From positions 54,126,001 to 54,190,000 of the forward strand of contig NC_043012.1 in assembly GCF_006345805.1 (NCBI RefSeq): a DNA stretch of 64,000 bases, read 5' to 3'. This DNA is from Octopus sinensis. Taxonomy: Eukaryota. Made by a program: the position numbers and the translations under genes. The stretch's first letter is position 1. Every line of letters begins with the position of its first letter. This document shows positions 12,291 through 24,183 of the stretch, piece after piece. Under the pieces are notes generated by a model. That model was not told the origin of the DNA and did not search any database. It worked only from the letters and a program-made list of their open reading frames with translations.

Positions 12291-12951
12291 ATGACTAACT
12301 GTATCTGTTCATAGGGCAACCATTCTCAGTTCTATATTTTCACAGTGCCTTTTGACAGCTTTTAAGTTCTCCTGAAAGTTTCAATGACATATTGATTGTG
12401 GTTTTCTCAATAGCCAATGCAACAGGAGGAGGATTAGGCGCTCCTCTAGCAAACCGCCCCCGTAAAAATTTTTAAAACAAAACATTTAAAAAAAAACTGT
12501 AAATAACAGGGTACTAGAATAAATATTTCAAAAAAGACAATAGATATTCACCTTGACATATAAATGGTTTGCAGTTGTACAGACGACACTTGAATTAGAT
12601 TTGTCAGAGACTTCTCTAAAAAATGCAAGCAATACAATAAGTGATGAGTGTGCAAACTAAAAGAAAAAATCTTAGACTTTGCTGAACACTTATTCTGCAT
12701 GAGACTGATGACAGTATAACCAGACTGTAAGGAAATATCATTTGCATGCTTAACTCAGCGTGAGAGAACGAAACGAATGTGGTAGTGAACCTTATTTAGA
12801 CTAACCAAAAATATTAATTCTAGTGCCAAGAGACAATATTTGGTCGCTTCCCTTGAGTATAAGAATAGAATACTTCGTTCGCTTTGAAATAATATTCAAA
12901 TAAGAAACTGCGTAGTGCCACTACTTTCGAATACCAAGAACTAACTAATTA

Positions 12952-13181
12952 GGCGGCGAGATGGCAGAAACGTTAGCACGCCGGGTGAAATGCTTAGCGG
13001 CATTTCGTCTGTCTTTATGTTCTGAGTTCAAATTCCGCCGAGGTCGACTTTGCCTTTCATCCTTTCGGAGTCGATAAATTAAGTACCAGTTACGCTCTGG
13101 TGTCAATGTAATCGACTTAATCCCTTTGTCTGTCCTTGTTTGTCCCCTCTATTTTTAGCCCCTTATGGGCAATAAAGAAAT
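12952..13181 (+). mobile_element. SINE family B (tail1 type), young
   Basis: Complete head-body-tail; flanking aagaactaac at 12936-12945 and 13182-13191. Confidence 0.85.
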
Positions 13182-13659
13182 AAGAACTAACGAAGGAACT
13201 TCAAAATGATAGCTCGACCAGATAGAAAAAGCAAAGGAATTCCTCTTTGGCCAAACCCTATCTTTTTAAAATTGGAAAGACACTGAAATATAAAAAGCTG
13301 AAGTGGTCACAGCTTTGAAATGCCCTTCACCCCTTAGCAGTCAGATTACTCTGTCAAATGTTCTGCTTATTAATTTACATCGTTTTGAATTAATCATGCA
13401 TTATCACGTGGCTTTGAGATTTCAATGACGTGATATTTTCTATCTTTTTTCTTTTACTTGTTTCAGTCATTTGACTGCGGCCATGTTGGGGTACCGCCTG
13501 TAAGGTAGGTGTAAGAAGCTAGATCTGGCTGACTTGAACATAAAATGGGTAAAATATTTTGGCCAAATATAGCCAGTTTAAGTGCTAAATTGTAAATCTT
13601 CTTGGTCAGGTCATAATGTAACTAATACAGTTGGGTATAATCTATTATAACTAATTATT

Positions 13660-13735
13660 CAGGTCACTGCCTGGCATCGAATTCGGAACCTTGGGGTTAG
13701 TAGCCCGCGTTCTTTACCACAACGCCACATGCTCG
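13660..13735 (-). pseudogene. tRNA-like SINE head (isolated)
   Basis: gagcatgtggcgttgtggtaaagaacgcgggctactaaccccaaggttccgaattcgatgccaggc carries A- and B-box-like motifs, but the acceptor stem is poor. Confidence 0.5.
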
Positions 13736-13764
13736 TGGGCAATTACAGGGTGGATTTTTAGGGT

Positions 13765-14005
13765 TTATAAATCTAATATTTTCCTATCCTTCCTTAATAC
13801 CGGTTCCCATATGCTGCTCATATCTGCACTCGGTCTGCTTAGGGGGTTGTTGTGTCCTAGCATATGTGCTGCTTCTTTTCGTTTTCGTATTTTCCAGTGG
13901 TGTTCTCTGTCTATTATTTTAACTTCATCCCACAGGGGGAGGTGGTGTCCATTTTTCCATACATAAACAGCTATACCCGATTTATCCACACCGTCGATGA
14001 TGTCT
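13765..14005 (-). pseudogene. Penelope-like retroelement GIY-YIG endonuclease C-terminal fragment
   Basis: DKSGIAVYVWKNGHHLPLWDEVKIIDREHHWKIRKRKEAAHM...LSRPS..MSSIWEP matches the S..A.H.W...H...W....I.D.E..W..R..KEA pattern of PLE endonucleases. Confidence 0.75.
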
Positions 14006-15226
14006 CATTCAAGTACATAATTATCAGAGCTATAAACTAGTTATAAATTGAAGTAGTTATGAGGAAGCCTAAATATTCTGGTGCATAATAGGTGTGGGCA
14101 TAGCTGTGAGGTTAAGAAGTTCGCTTCGAAACTACGTGGTTTTCAGTTCAGTCCCACTGCGTGGCACCTAGGACGAGCTTCTACAGACATATGGGTGAAT
14201 TTGGGAAACAGAAACCGTATGGAAGCCGTTAGAATATGTGCGTGCGTGAGCACGTGCCTTTCTCTTTGTCTCTTCCATACGTTTGGAATCGAGGTTCGTT
14301 TGTTTACAACCCCGTAACTTAGCACTACGGCAACAGATAGATTGGCAGATAGATAAGCACATACGTGTGTGTGTGTGTGTGTGCGTGCATGGAGACACGT
14401 ACACATGGACGACAATGCTGCTCATTGCTCGAAATTTATCAAAAGAACATTTGTTACTCGATTAGAGAGCGACCGAACGGTTGTTTGTTCCTTTGCAAAG
14501 TGAATCATCAATATAGACGTAACATTACATAGAAACATGTAATTTTTGCTAGCATGTAATAATATATAACCCACCATTAATAACAAATACAAATAACATA
14601 AACAGAATCCTGCTTTCAACATATGGAGATGTATTGATCCATAAAATTGGAAACACTTAATAAACTGTCTCGGAAATCAACGTCGAAAAACGTGTTTACA
14701 CAATTCGTATTTTATTGATCTCAACCAAATGAATGCTACAGAATGGTAGTTCGAAATTCGAATTTGTTGGTTTCACATTTTTAAGAGTTATTTATTTATT
14801 TATTTATTTGTTGGTTTATTTAGAAATTTATTGAACAATTTCAAAGGATACCAAATGAAATTTTATTGATGATATTTTAAATGTGAATTCGCCCCATTCA
14901 GTTTTCCATTTCAAAACCATAAACAATGATTAGTGTTAAAATGAAACGGTTTGCAATGGCGAAAAGATGTTTAAAGATACATTAATATAATAATAATTGC
15001 ACGGATTCCACGCCTAACCGAACTTTATGTTGGCATAATTTATCGCTTTCTGACTTTCGTACACGTCCAAATAATTTGCTAAATAATGAGTATACAATGA
15101 AACCAGCCCGTTACTGTAACGGGTATTTGTTTTTATCCACTGAGACAAAATTAAAGAACAGTAGCGACATCGGCGGGATTTGAACTTCTACTGTAAGAAG
15201 GATAAAACTAAATTTCCTATTTCTCT

Positions 15227-15607
15227 CACTCCGTCGGTTACGACGATGAGGGTTCCGGTTGATCCGAATCAACGGAACAGCCTGCTCGTGAAATTAACGT
15301 GTAAGTGGCTGAGCACTCCACAGACACGTGCACCCTTAACGTAGTTCTCGGGGATATTCAGCGTGACACAGAGAGTGACAAGGCCGGCCCCTTGAAATAC
15401 AGGTACAACAGAAACAGGAAGTAAGAGTGAGAGAAAGTTGTGGTGAAAGAGTACAGCAGGGGTCACCACCATCCCCTGCCGGAGCCTCGTGGAGCCTTTT
15501 AGGTGTTTTCGCTCAATAAACACTCACAACGCCCGGTCTGGGAATCGAAACCGCGATCTTATGGCCGCGAGTCCGCTGCCCTAACCACTGGGCCATTGCG
15601 CCTCCAC
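15227..15607 (-). mobile_element. tRNA-headed SINE family C (OR-like), full length
   Basis: Head gtggaggcgcaatggcccagtggttagggcagcggactcgcgg; TSD gataaaactaaat at 15201-15213 and 15608-15620. About 95% similar by eye to 40971-41365. Confidence 0.9.
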
Positions 15608-15724
15608 GATAAAACTAAATACTATAAATATGTCCGATAAGTTCACCGTCAACAATTCACCTTTTTATTTGGGGGGGGGGTTCTGTTTGTTTTTTGTTTG
15701 CTTGTTTTTTTCATAAAAATTTCT

Positions 15725-15932
15725 TTAATTTGTTTCAGTCATTTGACTACGGCCATACTGGAGCACCGCCTTTTGTCCAGCAAATCGACCCCAGCACTTA
15801 TTCTTTGTAAGCCTAGTACTTATTCTATCGGTCTCTCTTGCCGAGCCGCTAAGTGACGGGGACATAAACACACCGGCATCGATTGTCAAGCGATGTTGGG
15901 GGGGGGACAAACACAAACACGCAAACGTATAC

Positions 15933-15965
<33 letters not shown>

Positions 15966-16115
15966 CGACGGGCTTCTTTCAGTTTCCGTCTACCAAATCC
16001 ACTCACAAGGCTTTGGTCGGCCCGAGGCTACAGAAGAAGACATTTGCCCAAGGCGCCACGCAGTGGGACTGAACCCAGAACCATGTGGTTGGTAAGCAAG
16101 CTACTTACCATACAG
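15725..16115 (-). mobile_element. SINE family A, near full length
   Basis: Both modules present around an internal (TACA)/(TA) tract. Confidence 0.85.
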
Positions 16116-16549
16116 AATGGTGAGATACTATGGATATATTTTCTTTGTAAACATTTTCGCAGGTATTATCTCTTGTAAAGTGAAAGGAAAAAAGAACGAT
16201 AGCCGCTGCTTACGTGTGAGCAACGAGAGATTCGTTGTCCAAAAAAGTTCGTTTTCCATGTTTTTGTATTTTTATGTTCTCGTTTTTCCTATTGTTTACG
16301 TTTTTTACGTCCTGTACCCATATATGCATGTATATATACATATATATGTAGGTATGTACATATATGTATATATGCATGTATATCATTTATATCATTATTA
16401 TATAAATATATGGAGAGAGGGTGTTGTGTGCATGGATGACTGCTGGTCTTCCACAAAACAACTTTGCCTGGACTTGTAGTTTGGAGAGGAAGTTTCTAGG
16501 TGCAATCACATAATCACTCGTGAACGAAGAGGGTCTTTACTCTTTACTC

Positions 16550-16581
<32 letters not shown>

Positions 16582-16635
16582 ATACATACATACATACATA
16601 CATACATGCAAATCACACCTATATACAATCATATA

Positions 16636-17480
16636 CAGGGGTTGAACAAAATAATAAAAACGCCTTGTTAAATGAAAGTTCTATCATTAAATACAGTGTT
16701 TGTCCACTTTTGGCGTCCAGCACAGCTTTAATACTCCTATAAATTAACTAGTGCAGTTTCTGAACGGTTGTTAAGGGAATTTTGAACTATTCTTCAAGTA
16801 AAACCTGCTTTCAGCAACGATGGCGGGTGAAAACGGCCCTTTACTTGTTACTTCAAAGTACATCATAAATGTTCAGTTATAGTGGTTTTAAATATTGGCA
16901 CAAGGTCAAAAATTTCGAGGAGGTAGGTAAGTCGATTACATCGATCCCGGTGTTCAACTGGTATTTATTTTATCGACCCCCGAAAGGATGAAAGACAAAG
17001 TCGACCCTGGCGGCTTTTGAACTCGGAACATAGTATTTTCCCCCGACGCGCTAAAGATTCTGCCAGCTCGCTATCTTAATGTTCGGTTATATTGAGAGCT
17101 GGTGATTGTGAAGGCCAATCCAAATGATCTACTTGTACCGAATTTTTGAAAACGAAAGCCGAGCGAATTGGTGCATATTTGTCCTTTAAGATTATGGTAC
17201 CAACGAGGAGAAATGTTTGTGCCATAGGACAGACATAATCAGCCAAAACACTCAGATAATATGCTGCTATATAGCACAACTAAAGAACCGAATTCCGTGA
17301 TATGCTTGCCCAAATCATCACAGAACTACTTCTTTTATATTTCACGGTTGGGGGTGACAATAAGTTTTGAAGGCTCCTTTTGACTTTCTGGAGACATAAA
17401 CTCGCCACGAAATGGTGGAAATAGATGAGAAAATTACATTGTTCCGTTGAGCCATTGAACTCTTCTGATCATCTAGACGC
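16636..17480 (-). pseudogene. Tc1-family transposon 3' half, degraded, with nested SINE B (~16882-17077)
   Basis: Minus-strand pieces PTVKYKRSSSVMIWASIS and DKYAPIRSA...LDWPSQSPALNITEH; terminus TA|CAGGGGTTGAACAAAA at 16634. The SINE is flanked by aatgttc(a/g)gttata duplicates. Confidence 0.75.
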
Positions 17481-18216
17481 TACTGAAGTCAGTATTCCTA
17501 AGTCCACCTTCCATCAGAGTCGAGCCTGCTACTGAGCTAATCACCAGAATGACTCACAACTACAGGCAATGGATTATTGCATTTAATCCATCAAGTTTTT
17601 GCCATGAGTTTCATAAGTACAATAATCCATTGCTTATGGTTGGGGCTCTCTAATTACAGACTATAGGAATAGGCTACAGTACTTATTTTAAATTCCGCAA
17701 TGTACAGCGTTGAAAAATATACTTTCCCAAAGTTCCACGAAGGAGGAGTGAACCCTAAAATTAAGCGGCTGCGAAGCAAACCTCTTAACCAGACAGCCAT
17801 GCCTGCTCATATAAGTTATATATATTATTATTTTTTTAATGGGATTTTAATGAATTATACACTTTCCCTCTTTGTTACACCCCATGAAATGCTATCTCGC
17901 ACCCCTAGATCGTACTAGCAACCCATGTTGGGAACCCTGCCGTAGGGGATCCTTCACTAGGTCACATTACACTGATTTTGTTTTCGCGCATACAACAAAA
18001 TGTCTCTAGGTCAACGACGAGTATTCAATCATAAAATACTACGAGAGAGAGGTAAGAGTTGAAAAACGAGAAACCAGTAAAATATTAAATTGCATGTCAT
18101 TTTATTTTCCATTGTTGATCTGGGTTATTTAGTTCTTGTTTCAGTAATTTCATTCAAGAGAATAATGAGTCAGAGCAGCACAGTAACAACAACGATGACA
18201 ACAGCAGCAACAGCAA

Positions 18217-18590
18217 GTGGAGGCGCAATGGCCCAATGGTTAGGGCAGCGGACTCGCGGTCGGAGGATCGCGGTTTCGATTCCCAGACCGTTGTTGTGTG
18301 TGTTTATTGAGCGAAAACGCCTAAAGCTACACGAGGCTACGGCAGGGGGTGGGGGTGGCGACCCCTGTTGTACTTTTTCGCTCCAACTTTCTCTCACTCT
18401 TTCTTCCTGTTTCTTGTCCCCGACTTCCTACGCAACCGCTGAGCCTGGATGCGCATTCATCCATCCGTCGATGCTCTCGGTGTCGGGGGTTGACCTGCTT
18501 TTTCTTCTGCGGATCTTACGAATAGCAAAGGACCACGTTTCGGACTTCTCCCACTAGGACGAAGATCGCTTCGCTCAACAGCACCGCTCA
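18217..18590 (+). mobile_element. SINE family C head with an alternative tail
   Basis: Head and first ~200 bp as in 15227-15607, then an unrelated tail gtccccgacttcctacgcaaccgctgagcc...ggacgaagatcgcttcgctcaac. Confidence 0.75.
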
Positions 18591-18780
18591 ACAGTAACAG
18601 CAACAACAACTACTACTACAACGAAACTACCAACACAAGGAGCTTATGTGTGATCAAACGACGACTTTGAAAAAGTAACTAAATAGGTCTCAACGCACTG
18701 GAGGTATATTCGTTCGTGTTGCCCTAGATTCACCTGATTACGGCTACATGAGCATGTCTATGTTCGTCTATGTATACCCT

Positions 18781-19175
18781 TTTACCCTTTTACTTGTTTC
18801 AGTCATTTGACTGCGGCCATGCTGGAGCACCACCTTTAATCGAGGAAATCGACCACCAGGACTTATTCTTTGTAAGCCTACTACTTATTCTATCGGTCTC
18901 TTTTGCCGAACCGTTAAATTACGGGGACGTAAACACACCAGCATCGGTTGTCAAGCGTGTGGGGGGGGACAAACACAAACACACAAACACACACACATGT
19001 AAATACATATATACGACGGGCTTCTTTCAGTTTCCGTTTACCAAATCCACTCACAAGGCTTTGCTCGGCCCGAGGCTATAGTAGAAGACACTTACCCAAG
19101 GTGCCACGCAGTGGAACTGAACCCGGAACCATGTGGTTGTTAAGCAAGCTACTTACCACACAGCCACTCCTGACC
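18781..19175 (-). mobile_element. SINE family A, full length
   Basis: Complete reverse copy. Confidence 0.9.
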
Positions 19176-19207
19176 TATGTATGTATGATTCGTAAACTAC
19201 TCCTATA

Positions 19208-19585
19208 GGCGCAAGAGTGGCTGTATAGTAAGTAGCTTGCTTACCAAACAGATGGTTCTGGGTCCAGTCCCACTGCATGGCACCTTGGGCAAGTGTCTTC
19301 TACTATAGCCTCGGGCCGACCAAAGTGGATTTGGTAGATGGAAACTGAACGAAGCCTGTCGTATATATGTATGTGTGTGTATATGTTGTTTATCTGTGTT
19401 TGTCCACCCAACATCGCTTGACAACCGATGCTGGTGCGTTTAAGTCCCCGTAACTTAGCGGTTCGGCAAAAGAGACCGATAGAATAAGTACTAGACTTAC
19501 AAAGAATAAGTCCTGGGGTCGATTTGATTTGACTAAAGGCGGTGCTCCAGCATGGACGCAGTCAAATGACTGAAACAAGTAAAAG
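19208..19585 (+). mobile_element. SINE family A, full length, head-to-head with the previous copy
   Basis: Complete forward copy starting about 33 bp after the reverse copy. Confidence 0.9.
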
Positions 19586-19689
19586 GGTACTTAAATTGAA
19601 AAAATTATCACAAAAGTGGTTCTTATTTTTTCAAATACATACATACATAGAGAGAAAGAGAAGGAGAAAGAGAGAGACAGAAAGCGACA

Positions 19690-20405
19690 CATGCATGCAT
19701 ACATACATACATACATACATACATACATACATACATACATACATACATGTGCACGCACGTGTGTGCATGCACGTTCATGCACGCTGTATGTACGTATGTA
19801 TACGGAGTATGATCTCACGGTGATATAAATATATACGTCCGTGCATTCCCAAACTATATGAATGTGCGTACACATTACACTCTCTTTCTCTTTGCCTTTT
19901 ATTTTACTTTTTCATCCACTTGTTTCAGTTATTGGACTGCGGCGATGCTGGAGCACCACCTTGAATCGACCCGAGTACTTATTTTGCAAGCCTCGCACTT
20001 TTGAACTATATGTGTGTTTGTGTGTGTGTGTGTGTGTGTTGTGTGTGTGTGTGTGTATACATATATATGTATGTGTATATATATGTATATGCATACATAT
20101 ATACATGCATATATGTATATATGTATACATATATGTATATATGTATACATATATATAAACATATATGCATATATATATATGTGTGCCTGTTTACTTAGCC
20201 AGCGGGGTGGCATCATTCGGAGGCTAAAACAATGCGAAGCGCATTGAAGCAAGCGATGTGTAGCAACATCTGATGGTCTGGTCGGTCACGTGATCACATG
20301 ATATGCATATATGTATATATATAATATATACATACATACATACACACATATATGTATGTATGTGCATATACATATATATACAAACATACATTCATACATA
20401 CGTAC

Positions 20406-20436
<31 letters not shown>

Positions 20437-20500
20437 TGTATGTATGTATGTATGTATGTATGTATGTATGTATGTATGTATGCATGTATGTATGTATAAA
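19690..20500. repeat. Compound (TACA)n/(TG)n/(TATG)n microsatellite region with SINE fragments
   Basis: Directly visible; it explains the overlapping YIHT/MYVC ORFs. Confidence 0.85.
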
Positions 20501-20658
20501 CATATTCGACGGTCTTCTTTCAGTTTCTGTCAATTAAATCTTCACATAAGGCTTTGGGCAGCACGTGGCTACAGAAGAAGGCACTTGTCCAATGTGCCAC
20601 ACAGTGGAACTGAACCCAATGATACATATTTGGCAAGAAAGCTTCTTAACACAGACAC

Positions 20659-21843
20659 AACAGAAGTAAATAAACATCCCATAAAACTTTGTTCTTTACT
20701 TTTTTTAGCTTGAAAAGGTTTATATTTTTTTTTATTGATTGACAATTTTGCTTTAGGTTCTACATGTGACTGCTTAATCATGTCATGTACAAAAGAAACC
20801 TTAGAACTGTCTTAATTTCAAAAGGGCCGTGCTGTGGTCATTCTGAAGGTGGGATCCTGCTTTCTACGGTTAATAGAGTGATTGTGCAATTCAGCAGAGA
20901 AGGGAAGGAGTCTACATCACATCACCCAGGTTGACCAGAGCCCTCTGACAGGACCCTTTGCTTTGTTAAGGGAAGTTTTGAGGATAATCCTTGTTGCAAG
21001 GCCTCTGATATAGCAGAACAAGTTGATGTCAGTCCCAAAACAGTTGCCAGGTAACTCCACAAACTTGGCAGAGTAACAAGAAAGGAGCCACTTCTTCGAC
21101 CAGCCAATATCAAAAGGGGGAATAGATTGGGCCAGTGAGATGGTGGAAAGGCCGCTAACATTTTGGGACACTGCCAAATTTTCTTATGAGTCCAGATTTG
21201 CTGTATTTTCTGCCAGTGGTGGAGTGTGAATCTGGAAAGAACTCTCTGTTCAGGAATTTGACGTGAAAAGATTGCAGCCAACAATGAAACACGGCAAGTA
21301 TTCTGTGATGGTCTGGGGAGAAACTGGGAGCCATTGTCGATCAGAGTTGGTGGAGTATAAGGGAAACATAAACTTAGATAAATATGTGTCCATATTCCAG
21401 AAAGGACTCTTTCCAATCTTCTTCAGTGGTGAAATGATTAGAGAAGACTCTTTATTTATGGAAGATGGGATCCTTGTCACACAGCTAAAAACACCCAAGA
21501 TTGGTTGGAAAAGAATGGCATTAAAAAAGGTTCCATAGCCAAACTAGTCACCAGATATGAACCCTATTAAACACTCCTGGGGTATAATGGACAGTACATC
21601 TCATAAAAAGAACAAGAACGACTCTTCAAAGCCAGATCTTTTTGAGATTACTGCATGAAACTTGGCACTCAAGAAAATATTCGCCATCTGATAAGTAACA
21701 TTCTTAATAGGCTCCTTGCATTGAAAAATGCTAAGGGTATATCTACTAAATATTAGATATTCATATTATAATAATTAATAAATAATTTGAATGAATATTT
21801 AAATAAATTTTAATGATTATAAGGGTGTCTATTTACTTCTGTT
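20659..21843 (+). pseudogene. Tc1-family DNA transposon, near full length, degraded
   Basis: TIR-like aacagaagtaaataaacatccc and gggtgtctatttacttctgtt. Translation fragments DWASEMVERPLTFWDTAKFSYESRF, QPTMKHGKYSVMVWG, SPDMNPIKHSWG and KGISTKY* are DD34E-type motifs broken by stops and frameshifts. Confidence 0.8.
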
Positions 21844-22035
21844 AATGGAAGATCGTTAGACCAGAACGAGAGGACATCTTACTTTTCCTCACGTGATTAT
21901 CAAAGGACTAGAAGTCTTTTTGTCTCTACTATCTTTTCTCTTTTCAAAGAAAATATTCCTCCTAGCGTTCACTATATACCTCTCGTTCTGGTCTAAAGCA
22001 TCCATTTTCAACTATTTGTGTGTGTGTGTGGTGTG

Positions 22036-22068
<33 letters not shown>

Positions 22069-22398
22069 ACGACTGGCTTCTTTCAGTTTCCGTCTACCGA
22101 ATTCACTCACAAGGTTTTGGTCGGCCCAACGCAATAGTAGAAGTCACTTGCCCAAGCTGCCATGCAGTGAGACTGAACCCAGAACCATGTGGTTCGGAAG
22201 CAAGTTTTTTACCACCCAGCCACGCCGGGATGTATGCCTGTATGTGTCAGCTACGAGATCCGTAGTGTGTATATATACATCGTTGCACAAACACGCACTT
22301 AGACATTGTGTATGTGTATGTATATGTCTATATGTAAGAAGCCGTTTGTTGCGTGAAAGTAGTTCATCTGTGTAGATATACGACCGGTCAGACCAGTA

Positions 22399-22434
<36 letters not shown>

Positions 22435-22712
22435 GCACTCTGTCGCACAAATATCAATGGTTCAATGAAACACAATGCAGCACACACCACCACACCTTCT
22501 TTTAATAAAGACAACTTCGCTTCGCACTCAATAACACTAATGACCTTCCAATAAAAACTATTTTGGTTAAACTTTAATTCCACCACACCTTAAATTCCAT
22601 CTCTAATAATAAATTTTCTCTCATTCCTAGATACAAATCATAGGTATTTACATATATCGCTTTTGTATTTAGTTTGCAAAATTCTTGATGTGCACTCGTT
22701 TGTTGAAACATA

Positions 22713-22860
22713 TTGTATCTCAGGGGTAGGGTCATTACGCAAATAATATACACGCGCACTGGTTCTGTTACACTTCTATAATTTTATTTGTCACTGGGTT
22801 AAATATTTGACCAGTTAACTAATCGATCATTTGATTAATCGTTCGGTCAGTCAATTAAGA
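22713..22860. mobile_element. Partial copy of the foldback MITE at 30063-30350
   Basis: ttgtatctcaggggtagggtcattacgc...taactaatcgatcatttgattaatcgttcgg is homologous to its left arm. Confidence 0.65.
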
Positions 22861-23067
22861 AATTAGCAAATACATGAAGCTTTACAATAAGTTCCAAGTG
22901 GACATCATATATCATTGTTTTGACGAAAATTGTTTATTGCTTGAAAGATATTGGTCAAGTTATATAAAATTTAATATGTACTCAATGCATGAAGTGACTT
23001 ATTGGACTCAAAGCCCATTGAAGAGCCCTCCCCAGGAGCTAGCTGAAAAGCCGCACTAGGGCGGCTA

Positions 23068-23077
23068 ATATATATAT

Positions 23078-23133
<56 letters not shown>

Positions 23134-23167
23134 GTATATATATATAATATATATATATATATATTTT

Positions 23168-23198
<31 letters not shown>

Positions 23199-23222
23199 TA
23201 TTGATTTATTTTATATATATTA
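23068..23222. repeat. (TA)n microsatellite
   Basis: Directly visible. Confidence 0.9.
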
Positions 23223-23610
23223 TTTTCGTTTTGTATTTATATGTCTGTATATGTATGTGGTCTGCACACATCTATCTGTGTATATGTTGATGTATATATG
23301 TATAGTTTAGTATGAGTATGTACTGTTGGGAAATATTTTAATGCATTTTAATATTTTAATTTCAATTTCTATGTATTAATTATATTTTCTTTATTAATGA
23401 CAATATGTATTTTAACCAAAGATTCGATGTAAGGTTTTTCCTCGACTTTTATAATTTTATATATTATTTATATTTTAGATTGAGCTCATTTTTGTTTATC
23501 GCTCGAATATGACCGTTATTTGAAAGGACCAATCAAACAAGTCCTTTTTTACGGTGTAACGTTTATACTAGTCTTGATAGAATTGGCATATCGGTTCTAT
23601 TTTAATAAAA

Positions 23611-23648
23611 ACTGTCCGACGAACGGGAACGTGAAACTCCGAGTAACA
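23611..23648 (+). ncRNA. Minimal type-I hammerhead ribozyme motif (U4C variant)
   Basis: ctgt-CCGACGA-acg(ggaa)cgt-GAAA-ctccgag-TA-acag: stem I ctgt/acag, stem II with GNRA loop, GUA cleavage triplet. Confidence 0.6.
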
Positions 23649-23679
23649 GGTTTGTTGAATTTCTGCTGCTTTAAATAAG

Positions 23680-23720
23680 TATATATATATAATTATATAT
23701 ATATAGTATATATATATGTA

Positions 23721-23765
<45 letters not shown>

Positions 23766-23792
23766 ATATATAATATATATATATATGTATAT

Positions 23793-23823
<31 letters not shown>

Positions 23824-23854
23824 TTATATATATATAGCTATTATATATATATAT

Positions 23855-23911
<57 letters not shown>

Positions 23912-23916
23912 CTATA

Positions 23917-23964
<48 letters not shown>

Positions 23965-23970
23965 ATATGT
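23680..23970. repeat. (TA)n microsatellite, interrupted
   Basis: Directly visible. Confidence 0.9.
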
Positions 23971-24183
23971 AATATAATTTTTGAGCGATATTCAGATTTT
24001 TCTGTATGCTAGAGCACTGATTTTAAATTGATATTAATCAAATAAATATTCAATTTTTCACCTTATTACTTATGTATATATATATATTATATATATATAT
24101 AATATATATAATATATATATACATTTTCCCCCTTATTATTTTACATATATATATACACATATATATATATATATATATATATA

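Noticed and set aside
16163-16215. Candidate 53-bp exon (GIISCKVKGKKNDSRCLR) with a good acceptor
   Set aside because: Isolated splice-like signals are expected by chance in 64 kb; no homology recognised.
17566-17633. 14-bp perfect inverted repeat with a ~40-nt spacer
   Set aside because: Too short and isolated to assign; it lies at the edge of a decayed Tc1.
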